Part shown: one piece after another, positions 7,831-18,185 of the stretch | Layout of the letters: every line of letters begins with the position of its first letter | Position numbering within the stretch: position 1 is the stretch's first letter | Assembly: GCA_020638735.1 (NCBI GenBank) | Contig: JACKHZ010000009.1 | Coordinates: forward strand, 442,505 to 506,504 | Direction: 5' to 3' | DNA from: Planctomycetota bacterium | GTDB lineage: Bacteria; Planctomycetota; UBA1135; UBA2386 | Length of the DNA: 64,000 nt | The notes under the pieces: model-generated | The model's database searches: none | What the model was told of the DNA's origin: nothing | Seen by the model: the letters and a program-made list of their open reading frames with translations, nothing else | Program-made: the position numbers and the translations under genes

Positions 7831-10656
7831 CTACCGGCCGTCGAGCTCGCGCAGCGCACGGGCCGCGCGCTCGTGCAGCGGCCCGTGGTGCACCGCCGTG
7901 GTGACCCATTCGTAGCAGCGCCGCGCCTGGGCGGGATCGTCGGCGAACGCCAGCCGCGCGACGTCGCCGAGCAACAACGCGAGCCGCGGTTCCCCGGGGA
8001 ACCGGTCCAACGCCGCCTGCACCTCGCCGCACAACGCGCGCGCGACCTCGACGTCGCCGGCGGTGAGGCCACCCACCCGCATGCCGAGCCAGGCGACGAC
8101 GTCGACCGGCAGCGCCTCGCCGCGTCGGGCCTGCTCCTCGGCGAGCGACTGCAGCGCAGCCGCGGCGCCGGCGTCGGCGAGCGCCGCGTAGACCGCTTCG
8201 CGCAACGGTGCGTTGGCCGGCGCCGCGGCCAGCACCGGCGCCAGCACCGCCGTGTCGCCGGTCGCCAGCGCGGACCCGAAGCCAGCCGGAGCCAACACGC
8301 GCTCGCGCTGCTGCAGCGCGTCACCGTGCACCCCGATCAGCACCCGCAGCCCGTTGCCTCGCGCTTCGCGGAGGCGGGCCAGCCCGAAGGCACCTCCGTA
8401 GTCGTCCGACAGCTCGTCGGCGACGACCACCGCCGGCGCCACGCACAGCGCGAACGGCGTGCTCTCGCCGCTCCCGCGCGCCTCGTTCCAGGCGCTCCAG
8501 TCCGCGGCGTCCGCAGCGACGAACTCGCCGCCATCCGCGACCACCTGTCGCGCGGTCAGCAGCGCCAGCAGCGTGCGGCACGCGGTCGAGACCCGGGAAC
8601 CGTCCCCGGACCGGGAGCAACGGAACAGCACCGCGAGCTCGTCGGAGCCGGCGGCGAACGGGGCGCCACAACGACGCTGCGCCAGGTCGTCGGCGAGCCC
8701 GCAGGCCAGCGTCAGCTCCTGCGCGCTGCGCGGCGCCGCCACCGTCGCCATCAACTCCGCGCCGATCGCGTCGAGGTCGGCGGCCGAGAACGGCTGGCAC
8801 AGGCGGCCCCGTTCGCGACAGTCGGCCAGCGTCGCCCGCACGAAGTAGCTGGCGTCGCCGCCGTCGAACAGGAACTCGAGCCGATCGAACGGCTGCCCGA
8901 GCGGCTGCATGCGGTCGCCGCTCACCAGCAGTTCGCCCGGCCTGTCGTCGGCGAACAACCAGATGCCGGCCGCACCATCGACCGGCAAGCCGGCGACGAC
9001 GAAGCCATCGCGCGCCGGCGCGACCCCGGTCACCGAGGTCCACGCCCCGAGTTCGTGCACCACGCCGTCGGCGGCGACCCGCCAGACGACCGAGCGCCCG
9101 ACCTCGTCGCCGAACGCGCGGCGCTGGAACCCGTGCAGCGCGACGTCGCCGCGCCGATTGGCGATCATGCCGTCGATCGAGCACGCCCGCAGCCGCGCCC
9201 GTTCGACCGACGCTCCCTGAGCATCGACCTGGACCAGCAGACCGTCATGCCAGGGCCACCCCCGCGCGACCGCCGGCGGCGGCATCGCCGGCGTCGCATC
9301 GGCCGCACGGCGCCACAGCCAGAGGGTGTCGTCGTTGGCGGTCGCCAGCTCGGCGTCCTGCGGCGCCGGCCCGCTGCCTGCGCCGCCGTACGCACGCCAT
9401 GCACCCGGGTGCTGCACCCAGACCTGGCCACGCCACAGCACACCGGTCCCGCCGAGATCCTGCGACAGGTCCGCGAGGCGCGACGTGCCGTCCCAATCGA
9501 CCCGATCGAGCTGGCCCCAACCCCGCACCACGTAGCTCTGGTCCTGCAGCATCTGCACCGGCTGCGATCGCACGGCGGACGGCCCGGGGAACGTCCGGCA
9601 CGCATCGACGAACGCCGCCAGACGGTCGTCGATGCGGCGCGGAGAACGCTTCGGCAGCGGCGGCAGCTGTACGGCCTCGACGATCGGCACGAGCTGCACG
9701 GCCGCGAGCAACGCGTCGCGGTGCGGCCGCACCTCGTCGACCGCACCCGGCGCGCGGTAGCGCAGGACCAGGTAGCGCCCGGGTTCGGCTTCGACGCAGA
9801 CCGACCGGAAGCTGGTCTTGCCGGTGCTCGCGTCGAACACCTTGGCGTCGAGGCCGGCGAACGAAACGGCGCGCACCGGCGTCGCGACGAGGCTGTCGTC
9901 CCATCGCAGCAGCCCGCCCCGCTCCGCGCCCACCGCGGCATCGACGCTGGCGGCGGCGATGACGAAGCCGGTCAGGCGCTGGTCGCCGCCGACGCTCTCC
10001 AGCACCAGCGGCGCATCCCCGGTCACCGGCAGGCGCTGCCACACCGCCTCGGCGAACGGCACCACCACGCGCAACCCGCCGATGCGGAGCTCTGCCCGCG
10101 TCGGCGCCTCGCTGCTACCCCATTCGGAGTCGGCGCCGGGGAAGGCGAAGCCGTCGACCACCTGCGCGGCGCAGCTGGCGACCAGCGCCGCGTCGCTGCG
10201 ATCCGACCAGGACATCACGTGGTAGGCGAGCCCCGGCCGCACCAGCAGATCACAGCGCACGACCAGCTGGACGCCCTGCGAGACGACCTCGTACGTGCGC
10301 GTCGCATGCACGAAGGACGGCAAGCTCGCGATCTCGACCGGCGTCGCCGCCCCCGACGGGTTCCACGCGTCGAGCAGCCGCCGCAGATCGCCTTCGCCGT
10401 CGAGCAACGACCGCACCTCGCGCACCACGACCTGCGCCCGGCGCAGTCGACCGAACGCCGCGGCCCGGTGCCGCACCTCGAACTGGTCGCCGCCGTAGTC
10501 CTCGTCGTACTCGTCCTCGACGCGCCGCCGCCAATCGCCGTCGACCTCGACCGCGGCGCCGACCTTGCCGATCGCGAACGTCTGCCACTCCTGCGCCGCG
10601 GCCGCCGCGACCAGCAGCAGCGCCGCGACGACGCTGCGCGCAATCCGCACGTTCAC
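7831..10656 (-). CDS. Large secreted hypothetical protein (941 aa)
   Basis: Start trimmed to GTG ([24 protein letters not shown], signal peptide), which forms a GTGA overlap with the stop of the upstream MBL gene (10653-10656). No recognisable catalytic motif. Helical-repeat-like C-terminus. Confidence 0.6.
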   Translation of the reverse strand: MNVRIARSVVAALLLVAAAAAQEWQTFAIGKVGAAVEVDGDWRRRVEDEYDEDYGGDQFEVRHRAAAFGRLRRAQVVVREVRSLLDGEGDLRRLLDAWNPSGAATPVEIASLPSFVHATRTYEVVSQGVQLVVRCDLLVRPGLAYHVMSWSDRSDAALVASCAAQVVDGFAFPGADSEWGSSEAPTRAELRIGGLRVVVPFAEAVWQRLPVTGDAPLVLESVGGDQRLTGFVIAAASVDAAVGAERGGLLRWDDSLVATPVRAVSFAGLDAKVFDASTGKTSFRSVCVEAEPGRYLVLRYRAPGAVDEVRPHRDALLAAVQLVPIVEAVQLPPLPKRSPRRIDDRLAAFVDACRTFPGPSAVRSQPVQMLQDQSYVVRGWGQLDRVDWDGTSRLADLSQDLGGTGVLWRGQVWVQHPGAWRAYGGAGSGPAPQDAELATANDDTLWLWRRAADATPAMPPPAVARGWPWHDGLLVQVDAQGASVERARLRACSIDGMIANRRGDVALHGFQRRAFGDEVGRSVVWRVAADGVVHELGAWTSVTGVAPARDGFVVAGLPVDGAAGIWLFADDRPGELLVSGDRMQPLGQPFDRLEFLFDGGDASYFVRATLADCRERGRLCQPFSAADLDAIGAELMATVAAPRSAQELTLACGLADDLAQRRCGAPFAAGSDELAVLFRCSRSGDGSRVSTACRTLLALLTARQVVADGGEFVAADAADWSAWNEARGSGESTPFALCVAPAVVVADELSDDYGGAFGLARLREARGNGLRVLIGVHGDALQQRERVLAPAGFGSALATGDTAVLAPVLAAAPANAPLREAVYAALADAGAAAALQSLAEEQARRGEALPVDVVAWLGMRVGGLTAGDVEVARALCGEVQAALDRFPGEPRLALLLGDVARLAFADDPAQARRCYEWVTTAVHHGPLHERAARALRELDGR

Positions 10657-11519
10657 ACCACTTCCCCGGTCAGCTCGGCGACCGGCCGGTCGGCGCCGAT
10701 CTGGCCGCGTTCGTCGCGCTGCAACGCGCAGCACGCCACCGCGGGGTCATGGGTGAAGAACAGTCGCCCGCCGCGCCGTTCGAGCTCGTCGAGCAGCGCG
10801 GTCTTCTCGTCGATCAGCTGCTCGGGGAAGCGGTCGTAGCCCATCGTGATCGCGCGGCGCACCCACGGCACGCCGGGGATCAGGTCGGCGCAGAACAGCA
10901 TCGGGCCAGCGACGCCGCCGACCTCCGCCAGCAGCATGCCCGGCGTGTGGCCGTCGCTGCGGTGCAGCCGGTAGCCGTCGCCGAGCGTGTCGCTGTGGGT
11001 GCCGTGCACCAGCTCCAAACGCCCGGTCGCCTCGAGCAGCGGCTGCAGCTCCGGCACGAAGCTGGCGCGGTCGCGCGGATGCGGCTCGAGCGCGCGCTGC
11101 CACGCCTCGGCGCCGGCCACGTAGCGAGCGTTCGGGAAGACCAGCGCCGGCGCCTCACCGTCGCGGTACTCCGTCAGCACGCCGCCGGCGTGGTCGAAGT
11201 GCAGGTGCGACAACACCACCACGTCGACCTGTTCGGGCGCGACGCCGAGCGCCGCCAGGTTGTCGAGCAGCACGTGCTGCGCCTCGTGCACGCCGAACCG
11301 TTCGCGCAGCGGCGGCGGAAAGAACGCGCCGATGCCGGCCTCGAACAGGATCGTTCGCCCGCCGTCCCGGATCAGCATGCAGCGGCACGCCAGCGCGATG
11401 CGGTTCTGCGCGTCGGGCTCGGCCCAGCGCGACCACATCGCCCGCGGCGCGTTGCCGAACATCGCGCCGCCGTCGAGGCGCTGCGAGTTGCCGAGCACCG
11501 ACCAGACGCGCTTCGTCAC
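10653..11519 (-). CDS. MBL-fold metallo-hydrolase
   Basis: Has the HLHFDHAGG (HxHxDH) motif and downstream His/Asp ligands. GTGA overlap with the upstream gene at 11516-11519. Confidence 0.85.
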   Translation of the reverse strand: MTKRVWSVLGNSQRLDGGAMFGNAPRAMWSRWAEPDAQNRIALACRCMLIRDGGRTILFEAGIGAFFPPPLRERFGVHEAQHVLLDNLAALGVAPEQVDVVVLSHLHFDHAGGVLTEYRDGEAPALVFPNARYVAGAEAWQRALEPHPRDRASFVPELQPLLEATGRLELVHGTHSDTLGDGYRLHRSDGHTPGMLLAEVGGVAGPMLFCADLIPGVPWVRRAITMGYDRFPEQLIDEKTALLDELERRGGRLFFTHDPAVACCALQRDERGQIGADRPVAELTGEVV

Positions 11520-12604
11520 TTGTCACCTGCCTTCGCCGCGGCGAACGCGAGTTCCCGGGCCAGGTCGCCGAGCCGCTGGCCTTCGAGGTTGCACAGCACC
11601 GCCACCGCGACGCCTTGCTCCGGCAGCATCAGCAGCGTGGTGCTGACCTGCGACTGCGCGCCGCTGTGCGACACGATCTGCACGCCGTCGTGCACCCCGA
11701 CGCCGAAGCCGAGGCCGTAGCCGGTGGCCTTGCCGCTCGCCGTGTGCTGCGTGGTCCACATCGTCGCCAGCGACTCCTTGTCCACCAGCGTGCCGGCCAT
11801 CAGCGCCTGCGCGAAGCGCACCAGGTCGGGCGCCGACGAACACAGACCACCGCCGCCGAGCTTGTAGCTGGAGTCCATCAGCCGGCTGTTCTGCAGCTCG
11901 TCGCCGAGCCTGACGTAGCCGGCGGCGCGATGCGGCACGACGCGCCGCACGTCGTCGTCCTGCAGCGACGCGGCCCCCGACGGCTCGGCGACGTGCTCCT
12001 TCACCGCCGCGGCGAACGCTTCGCCGGAGCGCGCCTCGACCACCGCCGCGACCAGGTTGAAGCCGAAGGTGCTGTACTGGTACTTCGACCCCGGCTCGTG
12101 CAGCAGCGGATCCGCCGCGAAGCGCTCGAGCGCGGCCGTCTGCGAGTCGTAGTGTTCGCAGCACTCGCCTTCGCCGTACTTGTAGTGGCGCACGCCGCCG
12201 AGGTGCCCGAGCAGCTGCCGTGTCGTCACCGGCCAGCGCTTCTCGGGCCACGCCGCGACCAGACCGTGCACGTCGACGTCGAGGTCGAGCTTGCCCTGTT
12301 CGACCAGCTGCATCGCCAGCACCGCGGCGATCGGCTTGGAGATCGATGCCAGCCGGTAGACCGTCGCGGCGGTCGCCGGCACGTCGTTCTCGAGGTCGGC
12401 TGTGCCGAAGCCCTCGGCGAAGACGATGCGCTCGCCGACGGCGATCGCGCACGACAGACCGGGGATGCCGTGTTGCTTGCGGAAGTCCTCGAGCTTGCCG
12501 GCGAAGTCCTGCGCCGGCGCTACGGCGGGGAACGCGACGAACGCACAGAGCACGGCGCCGAACGCGGCGCGGCGACGAGACGAAGGGCGGGCGGATCGGG
12601 TCAT
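11516..12604 (-). CDS. Serine hydrolase, beta-lactamase/PBP family (class C-like), secreted
   Basis: Signal peptide ([17 protein letters not shown]). SxxK motif in [13 protein letters not shown]. Typical length. Confidence 0.85.
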   Translation of the reverse strand: MTRSARPSSRRRAAFGAVLCAFVAFPAVAPAQDFAGKLEDFRKQHGIPGLSCAIAVGERIVFAEGFGTADLENDVPATAATVYRLASISKPIAAVLAMQLVEQGKLDLDVDVHGLVAAWPEKRWPVTTRQLLGHLGGVRHYKYGEGECCEHYDSQTAALERFAADPLLHEPGSKYQYSTFGFNLVAAVVEARSGEAFAAAVKEHVAEPSGAASLQDDDVRRVVPHRAAGYVRLGDELQNSRLMDSSYKLGGGGLCSSAPDLVRFAQALMAGTLVDKESLATMWTTQHTASGKATGYGLGFGVGVHDGVQIVSHSGAQSQVSTTLLMLPEQGVAVAVLCNLEGQRLGDLARELAFAAAKAGDK

Positions 12605-12631
12605 GCGGTCTCCGCCGCAGACGATAGCGGC

Positions 12632-14989
12632 TCAGCGTCCTTCCGGCTTCGTCGACTCCTCGACCTTCTTCCAGCGCAGCTCGACGACCACGTCGGCGCC
12701 GGCGACCTCGATCGTGTCCGGCGCGATGGCGAAGCCGTCGTTGCGCAGCTTCAACGTGTGCCGCCCGTCGGTCACGTGGCGCACGTCGCGGGCATCCTGC
12801 CGCAGCTGCACCACCCGGTTGGAGCCGAAGAAGCGCATGGTCGGCCGCTCGAACCCGGCGAAGCCCTCTTCGACGAGCTCGACGTCGAGCGCGCGCGGCG
12901 GCGGCGGCGCGTCGCTCGCGAGCCGCAGCGTCACGGTGTGCCCGACCGCCAGCTCGGCGTCGAGCTCGGTGTGCTCGCCGATCGTCAACGTGCGCCGGAG
13001 CGGCGCGTAGCCGTCGGCGCACAGCATCGCCTCGTAGTCGCCGCGCGGCAGCCGAGCGGTGCAGTAGCCGAGCTCGTCGGGCGGCTGCCTGCCGCGTACC
13101 GTCTCGCGCGCGGGGCCGCCGATCTCGCGCAGCAGGATCTGCACGCCGAGCACCGGCCCGTCGGGCCCGACGGTGCGAAAGCGCAGCTCGCCGTCGAGCG
13201 GCACGACGAAGTCGACGTCGGTCGCTCCCGACAGGACCTCCTGCTGGCCGGGCTGCGCGCGGCCCGAACAACGCACGACGACCTTCCTCAGCAGCTGCGG
13301 CAGCTCGATCGAATAACTGCCGTCCTCACCGGTGCTGGCGTCGAAGTAGAAGTCGGGACGGCCGGCGAACAGGTGGGTCCGGACCGCCGGCGTGCCGTCC
13401 GGGTGCCGCACGTGCCCCGCCACGGTCGTCATGTCGAGGAACACGTCGAGGTCCAGCTCGCGCTCCTGGCCTTCGCCGAGCTCGACGGTGAGCTGCAGCG
13501 AGATGCGCTCGGCCAGTCTGCCGCTGACGCGGCGGAACCGGTCCGGCAGCGCCGTCAGCTCGACGCGCCCCGCCGGCAGGTGCTCGATGCGGAAGCCGCG
13601 ACGCGTGTCGCTCCAGGCTTCGTCCTTGCGCCCGCCGACCTCGAAGCCGACGCGTCCCTCACAGATCTCGCCGTTGAGCCGCATCACGCCGCGCAGCACC
13701 GCGGTGCCGCGGCCAGCGGGGCGGCGCTGCAGCCGGATCTCGGCGACCGGCGCGTCGCGCGCGACCAGCGCCTGGACCCGTTCGCGCTGCTCTTCGAAGT
13801 CGCCGTGCGTCGCCCGCAGGCGGTAGTCGTCGCCCGGCACCACGCCATCGAGCACGAACTCGCCGCGCTCGTCGGTCCGGGTGCGCAGGTCCCAGTCGTC
13901 GGGGCCGACCTGGCAGTTCTCCGGCACGACGTCACGCCCGCCGCGCGTCTGCCGCGAAGGATCGATCGCGGCCCCCGCGATCGGCTCGCCGGAGGTCGCA
14001 CGCACCACGCCCCGCACCTGCAGCGCGCGCACCATCACGCAGTCACCGACCTCGCTCCGCTGCCAACGCCAGAGGTGCCGGCAGTAGCCTTCGCCGCGGA
14101 TCTCCGCGTGGGTCGTGCCGCCGACGTCGGGCAGCAGTCGCACCGCGAAGCTGCCGTCGGTCGCCGACCGCGTCAGCACCTCGCGCAGCGACGACACCGT
14201 CGCGCCGACCACCGGCTGGTGCGTCTCGAGGTCCACCACCCGCCCCCGGACGACGTGGCCCGCCCGCAGGGGGAAGGTGCAGTCGAGCGGCGCGCCGTCG
14301 CCGCGGAACTGCCGCCGGTCCCACTGCAGCGCGTAGTGCTCGCCGCGGAACACGAACGTCGTCTCGACGCCGCGCGGCACCGACGACAGCTCGAAGCGCC
14401 CGTCGGCGTCGCTGGTCGTGCGCTCCGGTTCGCACTGCTGACAGGCGTCGTGCTGCAGGGTGACGTCGATGCCGGCCAGCGGGGCGCCGCTGCGCACGTC
14501 GACGACGTGGCCGCGCAGCGGACCGGACCACGGCAGGCTGATCCGTTCGACACCGGCCCTCGGCGGCAGCAGCTGGCGTTGCACGTGCCGCGCACCCGAG
14601 CTGACCCGCAGCAGGTAGTGCTCCGCCCCGGGGTGGACCGGCAAGCGGCAGCGGCCGTGTCGGTCGCTGCGCACGACGAGCTGCGGACGCTCCATCGCAC
14701 GGACCTCGGCGTCGACGACCGGCTGGCGATCCGGGTCGATCACCAGCAGCTCGTAGACCAGCGCTCCGTCGTCGACCGGCTCCACCGCGGTGCGCGCCCC
14801 CCCCGCCTCGGCGGCGGCCGGTGCGTCGGAGCGCCCGGCGGCGTCACCGGTGTCGGCTTCTGCGACACCGCCGGCCGCCGCGCCGGCCGCCGCGCCGCGC
14901 GGCGACGACGGCGCGGACCGCTGCCAGGCGAGCCACAGCGCCACGCACGCCAAGGCCGTGACGACGCTCCCGAGGACCACTCGACGCAT
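12632..14989 (-). CDS. Membrane-anchored/secreted protein with many CarboxypepD_reg-like modules (785 aa)
   Basis: Trimmed from track ORF 12632..15910 (the N-terminal third is antisense of the MCP gene) to [21 protein letters not shown]. Repeated modules such as [21 protein letters not shown]...SDADGRFEL and [19 protein letters not shown]...TDGSFAV. Confidence 0.65.
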   Translation of the reverse strand: MRRVVLGSVVTALACVALWLAWQRSAPSSPRGAAAGAAAGGVAEADTGDAAGRSDAPAAAEAGGARTAVEPVDDGALVYELLVIDPDRQPVVDAEVRAMERPQLVVRSDRHGRCRLPVHPGAEHYLLRVSSGARHVQRQLLPPRAGVERISLPWSGPLRGHVVDVRSGAPLAGIDVTLQHDACQQCEPERTTSDADGRFELSSVPRGVETTFVFRGEHYALQWDRRQFRGDGAPLDCTFPLRAGHVVRGRVVDLETHQPVVGATVSSLREVLTRSATDGSFAVRLLPDVGGTTHAEIRGEGYCRHLWRWQRSEVGDCVMVRALQVRGVVRATSGEPIAGAAIDPSRQTRGGRDVVPENCQVGPDDWDLRTRTDERGEFVLDGVVPGDDYRLRATHGDFEEQRERVQALVARDAPVAEIRLQRRPAGRGTAVLRGVMRLNGEICEGRVGFEVGGRKDEAWSDTRRGFRIEHLPAGRVELTALPDRFRRVSGRLAERISLQLTVELGEGQERELDLDVFLDMTTVAGHVRHPDGTPAVRTHLFAGRPDFYFDASTGEDGSYSIELPQLLRKVVVRCSGRAQPGQQEVLSGATDVDFVVPLDGELRFRTVGPDGPVLGVQILLREIGGPARETVRGRQPPDELGYCTARLPRGDYEAMLCADGYAPLRRTLTIGEHTELDAELAVGHTVTLRLASDAPPPPRALDVELVEEGFAGFERPTMRFFGSNRVVQLRQDARDVRHVTDGRHTLKLRNDGFAIAPDTIEVAGADVVVELRWKKVEESTKPEGR

Positions 14990-15115
14990 GACGCGAGATC
15001 GTAGCAGGCGACCTGCGGCGCAAACCGCCGACGGCACGGCACAGGGAAGTCCCCGACGCATTGCCTCAATCCCCCATGGCACAGCCGCCGAAATCCGGAG
15101 GTCCAAGGTTCCTCC

Positions 15116-15986
15116 ATGCGACTCGTCCAACTCGTCGTTCCCGGCCTCGCTGCAGTGTTGCCGACCGTTCTCGCCTGGCGCGCGTTCGCGTTCCGCGGCC
15201 ACGCGTTGCTGGTCCTCTGCTGCCTCGCGGCGCTCGGCGTCGGGGTCTGGAACGCGCTGTCGCAACGCCGCCGCGCCCGCGCCGCCGAGGCGGCCGCCGC
15301 GACGGCCCGCGGCGAAGCCGCCGCGGCGATCGCCGACGAACGCGCCCGCGCTGCCCGCGCGGTGGGCCGAGGCGCAGGCCGAAGCCGAGCGCCGGCGCGC
15401 GCCGGAGCGCGACGCCGACGACCGGGAGCTGCAGAACACGATCGACTCGTTCACGTCGGCGCTCGGCGACATGGAGCAGGCGATCGACGGCACCGCACAG
15501 GGCGCCAGCGAGGCCCGCACGCTGGCTGGGCGCGTCGAAGCCACGGCCGGGCTCGGCAGCGAGACGATGCGCCGCATGGCCGACGCGATGGACGCGATCG
15601 ACAAGTCGAGCGCCGAGATCACCCGCATCATCGACACGATCGACGAGATCGCGTTCCAGACCAACCTGCTGGCCCTCAACGCCGCCGTCGAGGCGGCGCG
15701 CGCCGGCGACGCCGGCAAGGGCTTCGCCGTCGTGGCCGAGGAGGTGCGCCGCCTGGCCGGACGCAGCGCCGAAGCCGCGCGCAACACCGCGCAGCTGGTC
15801 GCCGCGGCCAGCGAACGCGCCCAGCGCGGCGGCCAGCTGTCGCGCGAACTCGACGGCCACCTGGGCGACCTGGTCGACGCGACCGGCGGCTTCGCCGACC
15901 TGGTCGACACGATCGCCAGATCGACCGCCGAGCAGTCGCGAGGCGTGCGTCAGCTCCGCACCAGCCTCGATCGCCTGGGCGGCTGA
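15116..15986 (+). pseudogene. Methyl-accepting chemotaxis protein interrupted by an apparent +1/-1 frameshift near 15345-15365
   Basis: The frame of 15116 gives two TM helices plus an Ala-rich linker ([21 protein letters not shown]...[15 protein letters not shown]...[10 protein letters not shown]) and then degenerates. The frame of track ORF 14790..15986 is junk until ...[13 protein letters not shown]... It then gives a clean MCP domain ([43 protein letters not shown]). Confidence 0.55.
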
Positions 15987-16047
15987 TCGCGCGCGCGACC
16001 GCCGCGCCCTGTTGCGCCGGAAGCCGCGGTCCGGCACGCTCGCCGCC

Positions 16048-16548
16048 ATGGAACTGGCCGAGCCGCCGCGACCGACCGACCGCCTCGCCGGGCGGGTCGT
16101 GCCGTACTGGATGCTCGTCGACGGCATCACCTCGCTGCTGCTTGCCGTCGGCTTGTGGGCGTTCGCGCGGCCGTGGCTCGCCGACAACTGGCGGCACTGG
16201 TCGCCGGGGCTCGACTACGCCCTGCTCGGCGTCAGCGGCGGCCTGCTGGCGATGGCCGCGGTGATGCCGACGCTGAGCTACGCGCGCTGGCGCTACGGCT
16301 TCCTCGGCGACCTGCTGCTGATGCGCTACGGGGTCGTGTTCGTCGAAGAACGCGCCGTGCCGGTGCGGCGCATGCAGCACGTCGACCTGATGCGGGGCCC
16401 GGTCGAGCGGCTGTTCGGGCTGGCGACGCTGGTGGTGTTCACCGCCGGCAACGAGGGCTCGGCGTTCCGGGTGCCGGGACTGCCGCTCGAACGGGCGACG
16501 GAGCTGCGCGATCGCATCGTGCAGATGCGCGGTGACGGACGACTCTGA
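16048..16548 (+). CDS. Bacterial PH-domain (bPH_2/YdbS-like) membrane protein
   Basis: Last 166 aa of track ORF 15061..16548: MELAEPPRP..., two TM helices, then ...VPVRRMQHVDLMRGPVERLFGLATLVVFTAG, the typical YdbS pattern. Confidence 0.75.
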   Translation: MELAEPPRPTDRLAGRVVPYWMLVDGITSLLLAVGLWAFARPWLADNWRHWSPGLDYALLGVSGGLLAMAAVMPTLSYARWRYGFLGDLLLMRYGVVFVEERAVPVRRMQHVDLMRGPVERLFGLATLVVFTAGNEGSAFRVPGLPLERATELRDRIVQMRGDGRL

Positions 16549-18136
16549 GCTGCCGCCGGCCGCGGCGCCCGACGACGTGCCAGCGACCGCCGCGGCGCCG
16601 CGCGACGAGACGATCCTGGCGCAGGGCCACCTGCACCCGGCGGTGCTGCTGCTGCGCCTGCTCGACGCGATGCGTCAGGTCGCCGCGCCGTTGCTGATCG
16701 GACTCGCCGTACAACCCTGGTTCCTGGTGCTGGCGCTGATCGCCTTCGTGCTGCAGCTCGGCACGGCGGTGGCCCGCTACCTGACGCTGTCGTACCTGTT
16801 GACCGAGGACGAGCTGCGCATCCGCGAGGGCATCCTGCACCGCCAGGAACGCCGCATCCCGCTCGATCGCATCCAGGACCTCGGCTTCGAATCGACCTTG
16901 CTGCGGCGGGGCCTCGGGCTGGTCGTCGTGCTGGTCGAGACCGCGTCGGGTCGCGGCGTCGAGGCGCGCCTCGACGCGCTGTCGCGCGCCGATGCCGAGC
17001 ACCTGCGCGAGGTGCTGCTGGCGGCGCGCGGCGTGCGCGCCGCGGCGCCGGCGGTCGACGCGGAGCACGCGGCGGCGGCGCCCGGCGACGGCACTGGCGA
17101 CGCGACGCGCGAACCGCCCGCGTCGCCGACGCACGAACCCGAGTGGTACGTGCACCGCAGCACACCCGGCGAACTGCTGCTGCGCGGCGCCACCGACCTG
17201 CGCCTCGGCGCGTTCGTCGTCACCGGCTTCGCCGCGCTGGAGTTGGCCGACCAGCTCAAGCTGCTGTCGGGCGCGGTCGGCGTGCTCGACACCGTCGAGC
17301 GCTGGCTGACCAGCCTGTCGCCGGCGCTGCTCGGCGTCGTGCTGATGACCTTCCTGCTGGCGGTGCTGGCCTTCGGCGTCGTCACGTCGACGCTCGGCAA
17401 CCTGGTGCAGTTCCACGGCTTCACGCTGCTGCTGCGCGGCACGGTGCTGCAGCGGCGCTTCGGCCTGTTGACCACGCGGCAGAAGACCCTGCCGCGGGCG
17501 CGCGTGCAGCGGGTGACGATCGAGCAGACCTGGCTGCGCCGGCTGTGCGGGCTGGCGGTGGTCAAGGCCGACTCGGCCGGCGGTTCGCGCGGCGACGGCC
17601 AGGACACCAGCGGCGGCTGGGACGTGGTCGTGCCGTTGACGCGCCTCGGCACGGCGCACGCGATCCTGCCGGCGCTGCTGCCTGGCATCGAGAACGACTC
17701 GTTCACATGGCACAAGGGCTCCCCGCGGCTGGTGCTGCGCATGGCGCTGGTCGGCGTGCTGTGGGCGGCGGTGGCCACGCCGCTGCTGTGGTGGCGATTC
17801 GGTCCGATCGGCGCGGCCGGCCTCGGCTTCGTGCCGCTGTGGACGGTGCTCGGCGTGCTCGTCTACCGCAACCTCGGCTGGGCGGCCGGCGATTCGTTCT
17901 TCGCCTTGCAGCACGGCGTCGTCGGCCGCACCTTCGCCAGCGTGCCGACCGCCAAGGTGCAGGCGGTGGTCGTGCGGCAGAGCCCGCTGTCGCAGCTGCT
18001 CGGACTGGCCGAGCTGACGGTGTTCGTCGCCGGCGGCTCGCCGACGCGCCTGCCCGACCTGACGCTGGCCGATGCGCGACAGTTGAGCGCGTCGCTGGTC
18101 GAACGCGCGGCCCGCTCGGCCGCAGCGGACTGGTGA
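16532..18136 (+). CDS. YdbT-like membrane protein with three bPH_2 repeats
   Basis: Three repeats of TM pair plus ...IPLDRIQDLGFESTLLRRGLGLVVVLVETA / ...RARVQRVTIEQTWLRRLCGLAVVKADSAG / ...TAKVQAVVVRQSPLSQLLGLAELTVFVAG. 17-nt overlap with the YdbS-like gene. Confidence 0.75.
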   Translation: MTDDSELPPAAAPDDVPATAAAPRDETILAQGHLHPAVLLLRLLDAMRQVAAPLLIGLAVQPWFLVLALIAFVLQLGTAVARYLTLSYLLTEDELRIREGILHRQERRIPLDRIQDLGFESTLLRRGLGLVVVLVETASGRGVEARLDALSRADAEHLREVLLAARGVRAAAPAVDAEHAAAAPGDGTGDATREPPASPTHEPEWYVHRSTPGELLLRGATDLRLGAFVVTGFAALELADQLKLLSGAVGVLDTVERWLTSLSPALLGVVLMTFLLAVLAFGVVTSTLGNLVQFHGFTLLLRGTVLQRRFGLLTTRQKTLPRARVQRVTIEQTWLRRLCGLAVVKADSAGGSRGDGQDTSGGWDVVVPLTRLGTAHAILPALLPGIENDSFTWHKGSPRLVLRMALVGVLWAAVATPLLWWRFGPIGAAGLGFVPLWTVLGVLVYRNLGWAAGDSFFALQHGVVGRTFASVPTAKVQAVVVRQSPLSQLLGLAELTVFVAGGSPTRLPDLTLADARQLSASLVERAARSAAADW

Positions 18137-18185
18137 CGCGCGACGATTCCGTGTAACCGCGGCGCCGGACGCGCCACAGTCCCGT

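Noticed and set aside
7162-10839. 1225-aa + strand ORF. Similar long ORFs occur at 11615..15004 (+), 36093..39467 (+), 5741..8032 (-), 28820..31444 (+), 16439..18286 (-) and 47321..49201 (-).
   Set aside because: All are antisense or out-of-frame to ORFs with normal composition and recognisable domains. Their translations are dominated by R, A, G, P, H, D and Q runs.
12632-15910. Full-length 1092-aa reading of this track ORF. The same issue affects 38316..41561, 28832..32089, 3103..4647, 1838..2875, 15061..16548 and 45092..46678.
   Set aside because: The N-terminal extensions are junk-composition sequence that overlaps neighbouring genes or intergenic DNA. Internal starts give signal peptides, lipoboxes or family-typical N-termini, often with 4-nt overlap to the upstream stop.
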